Source of the DNA: Octopus sinensis | Lineage: Eukaryota | NCBI RefSeq assembly: GCF_006345805.1 | Contig: NC_043003.1 | Location: 49,538,001 to 49,602,000 of the forward strand | Reading direction: 5' to 3' | DNA: 64,000 nt | In this document: positions 61,870 through 64,000 of the stretch, piece by piece | Position numbering within the stretch: position 1 is the stretch's first letter | How the letters are laid out: each line of letters begins with the position of its first letter | Translations under genes and position numbers: made by a program | Notes under the pieces: model-generated | Databases searched by the model: none | What the model was told of the DNA's origin: nothing | What the model saw: only the letters and a program-made list of their open reading frames with translations

Positions 61870-62540
61870 TCATCATTTAATGTCCATTTTCCATGCTGGC
61901 ATGGGATCAGTGGTTCCCAAACTTTTTGGGGCTGCCGCGTCTTTGATACTCGAGCCACATTCCTAGCCCCCCCCCCCCACTCAGCACCACAAATGTAGGC
62001 CACTTTCTGCAGCAAATTCAACTCAACAGTATTTCACAAATAAAACTTAACTCATTAATTTTGTGGATGGATGAAGAGGAGTTACATCCATCAACCCCTT
62101 TTGGCCACCCTATTATTGCTCCACTTTTCTTCAATGCCCCACTTGATCCTTCTGCAACCCACAATGGTGGCGGGTGTAGTACCCCTCACATTGGGAACTA
62201 CTGGGTTAGATGGTTGTGTGTGAGTGGTAAGCTGGAGAGCTACGCCAGACACCAGTCGTCTGTTTTAGCTTGGTTTTTATGGCTGGATGCCCTTCCTAAT
62301 GTCAACCACTTTACAGAGTGCTCTGGGTATCTCTTACATGTCACTGGCATGTGTGCCTCTTACGTGCCACCAGCATGGGTGCCATTTTTACATGTCACAA
62401 GCACAGTTATAAGCAAGTGTCATCCTCATACAAGCAATGCCATTTGTTTCCAGTCTCCCATGTAAATCATGTCTGGTCATGAAGAAATATTACCTTGCTT
62501 GGAAATGGGTGATGGTTGGTGACAGGAAGAGCATCCAGCT
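61870..62540 (-). mobile_element. family C repeat interrupted by a hAT MITE
   Basis: ccatgctggcatgg|MITE|gttagatggtt...ggctggatgcccttcctaatgtc. Confidence 0.8.
61908..62203. mobile_element. hAT (Charlie-type) MITE
   Basis: TIRs cagtggttcccaa and (rc) cagtagttcccaa, 12/13; right flank GGTTAGAT, left flank compatible with the same 8-mer after a 4-nt deletion. Confidence 0.78.
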
Positions 62541-62544
62541 ATGT

Positions 62545-63230
62545 CTTTTATCTTTTATTTGTTTCAGTCACTTGACTACGGCCATACTGGGGTACTGCAT
62601 TGAAGAGTTGTTAGTTGACTGAAACGATCTCAGTACTTATTTTTTTTTATTTCATAAAGCTTGGACTTATTCTATTAGTCTCTTTTGCCAAACCGTTCTG
62701 TTACAGGAATGTAAACGTACTAACACTGGTTGTCAAGCAGTAGTAGGGACAAACATGGACACACACACATACACACAGACACATACACACACAGAAACAC
62801 AGACACACACACTCCAACACATATACACACAGACACATACACACATAAACACACACAAATACATACACGTCATGGTCATTTCTAGTGCTGGTCACATGTA
62901 AATAGCACCCATGTTGGTGGCACGTAAAAGGCACTCGTGCCAGTGACCCATAAGAGAAGCCTAGTACACTCTGTAAAGTGGCTGACATTAGGAAGGGCAT
63001 CCAGCCATAAAACCCATACCAAAACAAGCAGCTGGTGTCTGGTGCAGCTCTCCAGCTTACCATACACACACATATGCGCTTCCACACAGTTTCCATAGAT
63101 CAGATTTATTAATGAGTCATTGGTCAATCTGGGACTATCGTAGAAGACACTTGCCCAAGGTGCCCCACAGTGGGATTGAACCTGAATCAATATAGCTGAA
63201 AAGCAGGCTTCCTATCCAGCCATGCTTGCT
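62545..63230 (-). mobile_element. family A SINE split by a family C insertion (+, ~62880-63060)
   Basis: A tail 62545-62770, A head 63060-63230. Confidence 0.7.
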
Positions 63231-63939
63231 GAAATTAAAAAAAAAAAAGAAAACAAGAAAATTTCTTTAGAAAAATTGGAAAAATTTATTCTTTTTCTTG
63301 TCTTTACTCCATCCCAATTGGCAAGTACACTCTGGTATAATGTAGCGGCCACATTTTTTTTGGTTACAGAAGTGCAGACGTTTAGCTTGCATTGGACGTC
63401 AGCCAAAATTTCCCCTCTAATTGTCTATGTGTACAGAAATGTTAACAATTATTAAATTTTCTTAGAGACAAAAAAAAAAGTAAAAATATTTAGGCAATCA
63501 ATACTTTAATGCATATAAATCTAAGAATATGAAGATTATTTTGGTATGTGTCTCATGAGGTCATAAATTTGCATACTATTTTTAAGTTTGGAAATGCAGT
63601 GTGATTAAAAGAGATCTAAATTTGGCTATTTAACATGTTGAGTTGTTTAAATAAACACTTAGCTATTTTAAACAAAGCTATCTCTGCAAGCACTTTAATT
63701 TTTAAGTGTGGTTACAATGGACGTAAATGTGTGGCCATATGCACAACTTGTAAAGACTTCTTTCTACTAAGGTTAGTAAGGCTAGTAAATGATGCAGTCT
63801 TAAGCAGTTTTTTTTCTGGCTGGTCATGGGTGGAATGACTTTGATCTTACATCTGCTTGGTCAGTGACACTTGTACTACATAACTCCAGGGCCAGCTTTG
63901 GTTGTTTGATGAAGTAACAGAAATTCTGACCACATTCTT

Positions 63940-64000
63940 TAATCTTTTATCTTTTACTTGTTTCAGTCATTAGACTGTGGCCATGCTGGGGTACCACCTT
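63940..64000 (-). mobile_element. family A SINE 3' end (runs out of window)
   Basis: ttttacttgtttcagtcattagactgtggccatgctggggtaccacc. Confidence 0.85.

Overview
Gene-poor, AT-rich, repeat-saturated eukaryotic DNA, most likely an octopus (Octopodidae) intron or intergenic block. This assignment is inferred from the SINE families and the extreme (TA)/(CA)/(ATC) microsatellite load, not from a database search. No host protein-coding exon can be supported, and almost all supplied ORFs are microsatellite or repeat artefacts. The recognisable protein-coding remnants are all mobile-element fossils: three RTE-clade LINE 3' fragments, one CR1/L2-like LINE fragment, a TIR/TA-bounded mariner and a DD37D (maT) transposon. 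The window also holds dozens of tRNA-derived SINE copies (called families A, B, E and F here), RTE 3'-UTR-derived repeats (family C), and hAT, piggyBac-like and Tc2-like MITEs. The most interesting signal is a set of short elements carrying minimal type-I hammerhead-ribozyme (HHR)-like motifs of the Penelope-like-element (PLE) kind, in several core variants. The standout is at 8258-9323: a head-to-head dimer of a composite unit (Pol III tRNA head, (AAT)n linker, HHR-bearing tail) bracketed by one 11-bp direct repeat, so apparently inserted as a single event. A near-perfect 321-bp palindrome (21202-21522) has a similar outward-facing architecture. Every HHR copy here carries damaging mutations, many at CpG sites, so activity is inferred for the family consensus only. 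Coordinates were read by eye, and repeat ends are approximate unless TIRs or TSDs are quoted.
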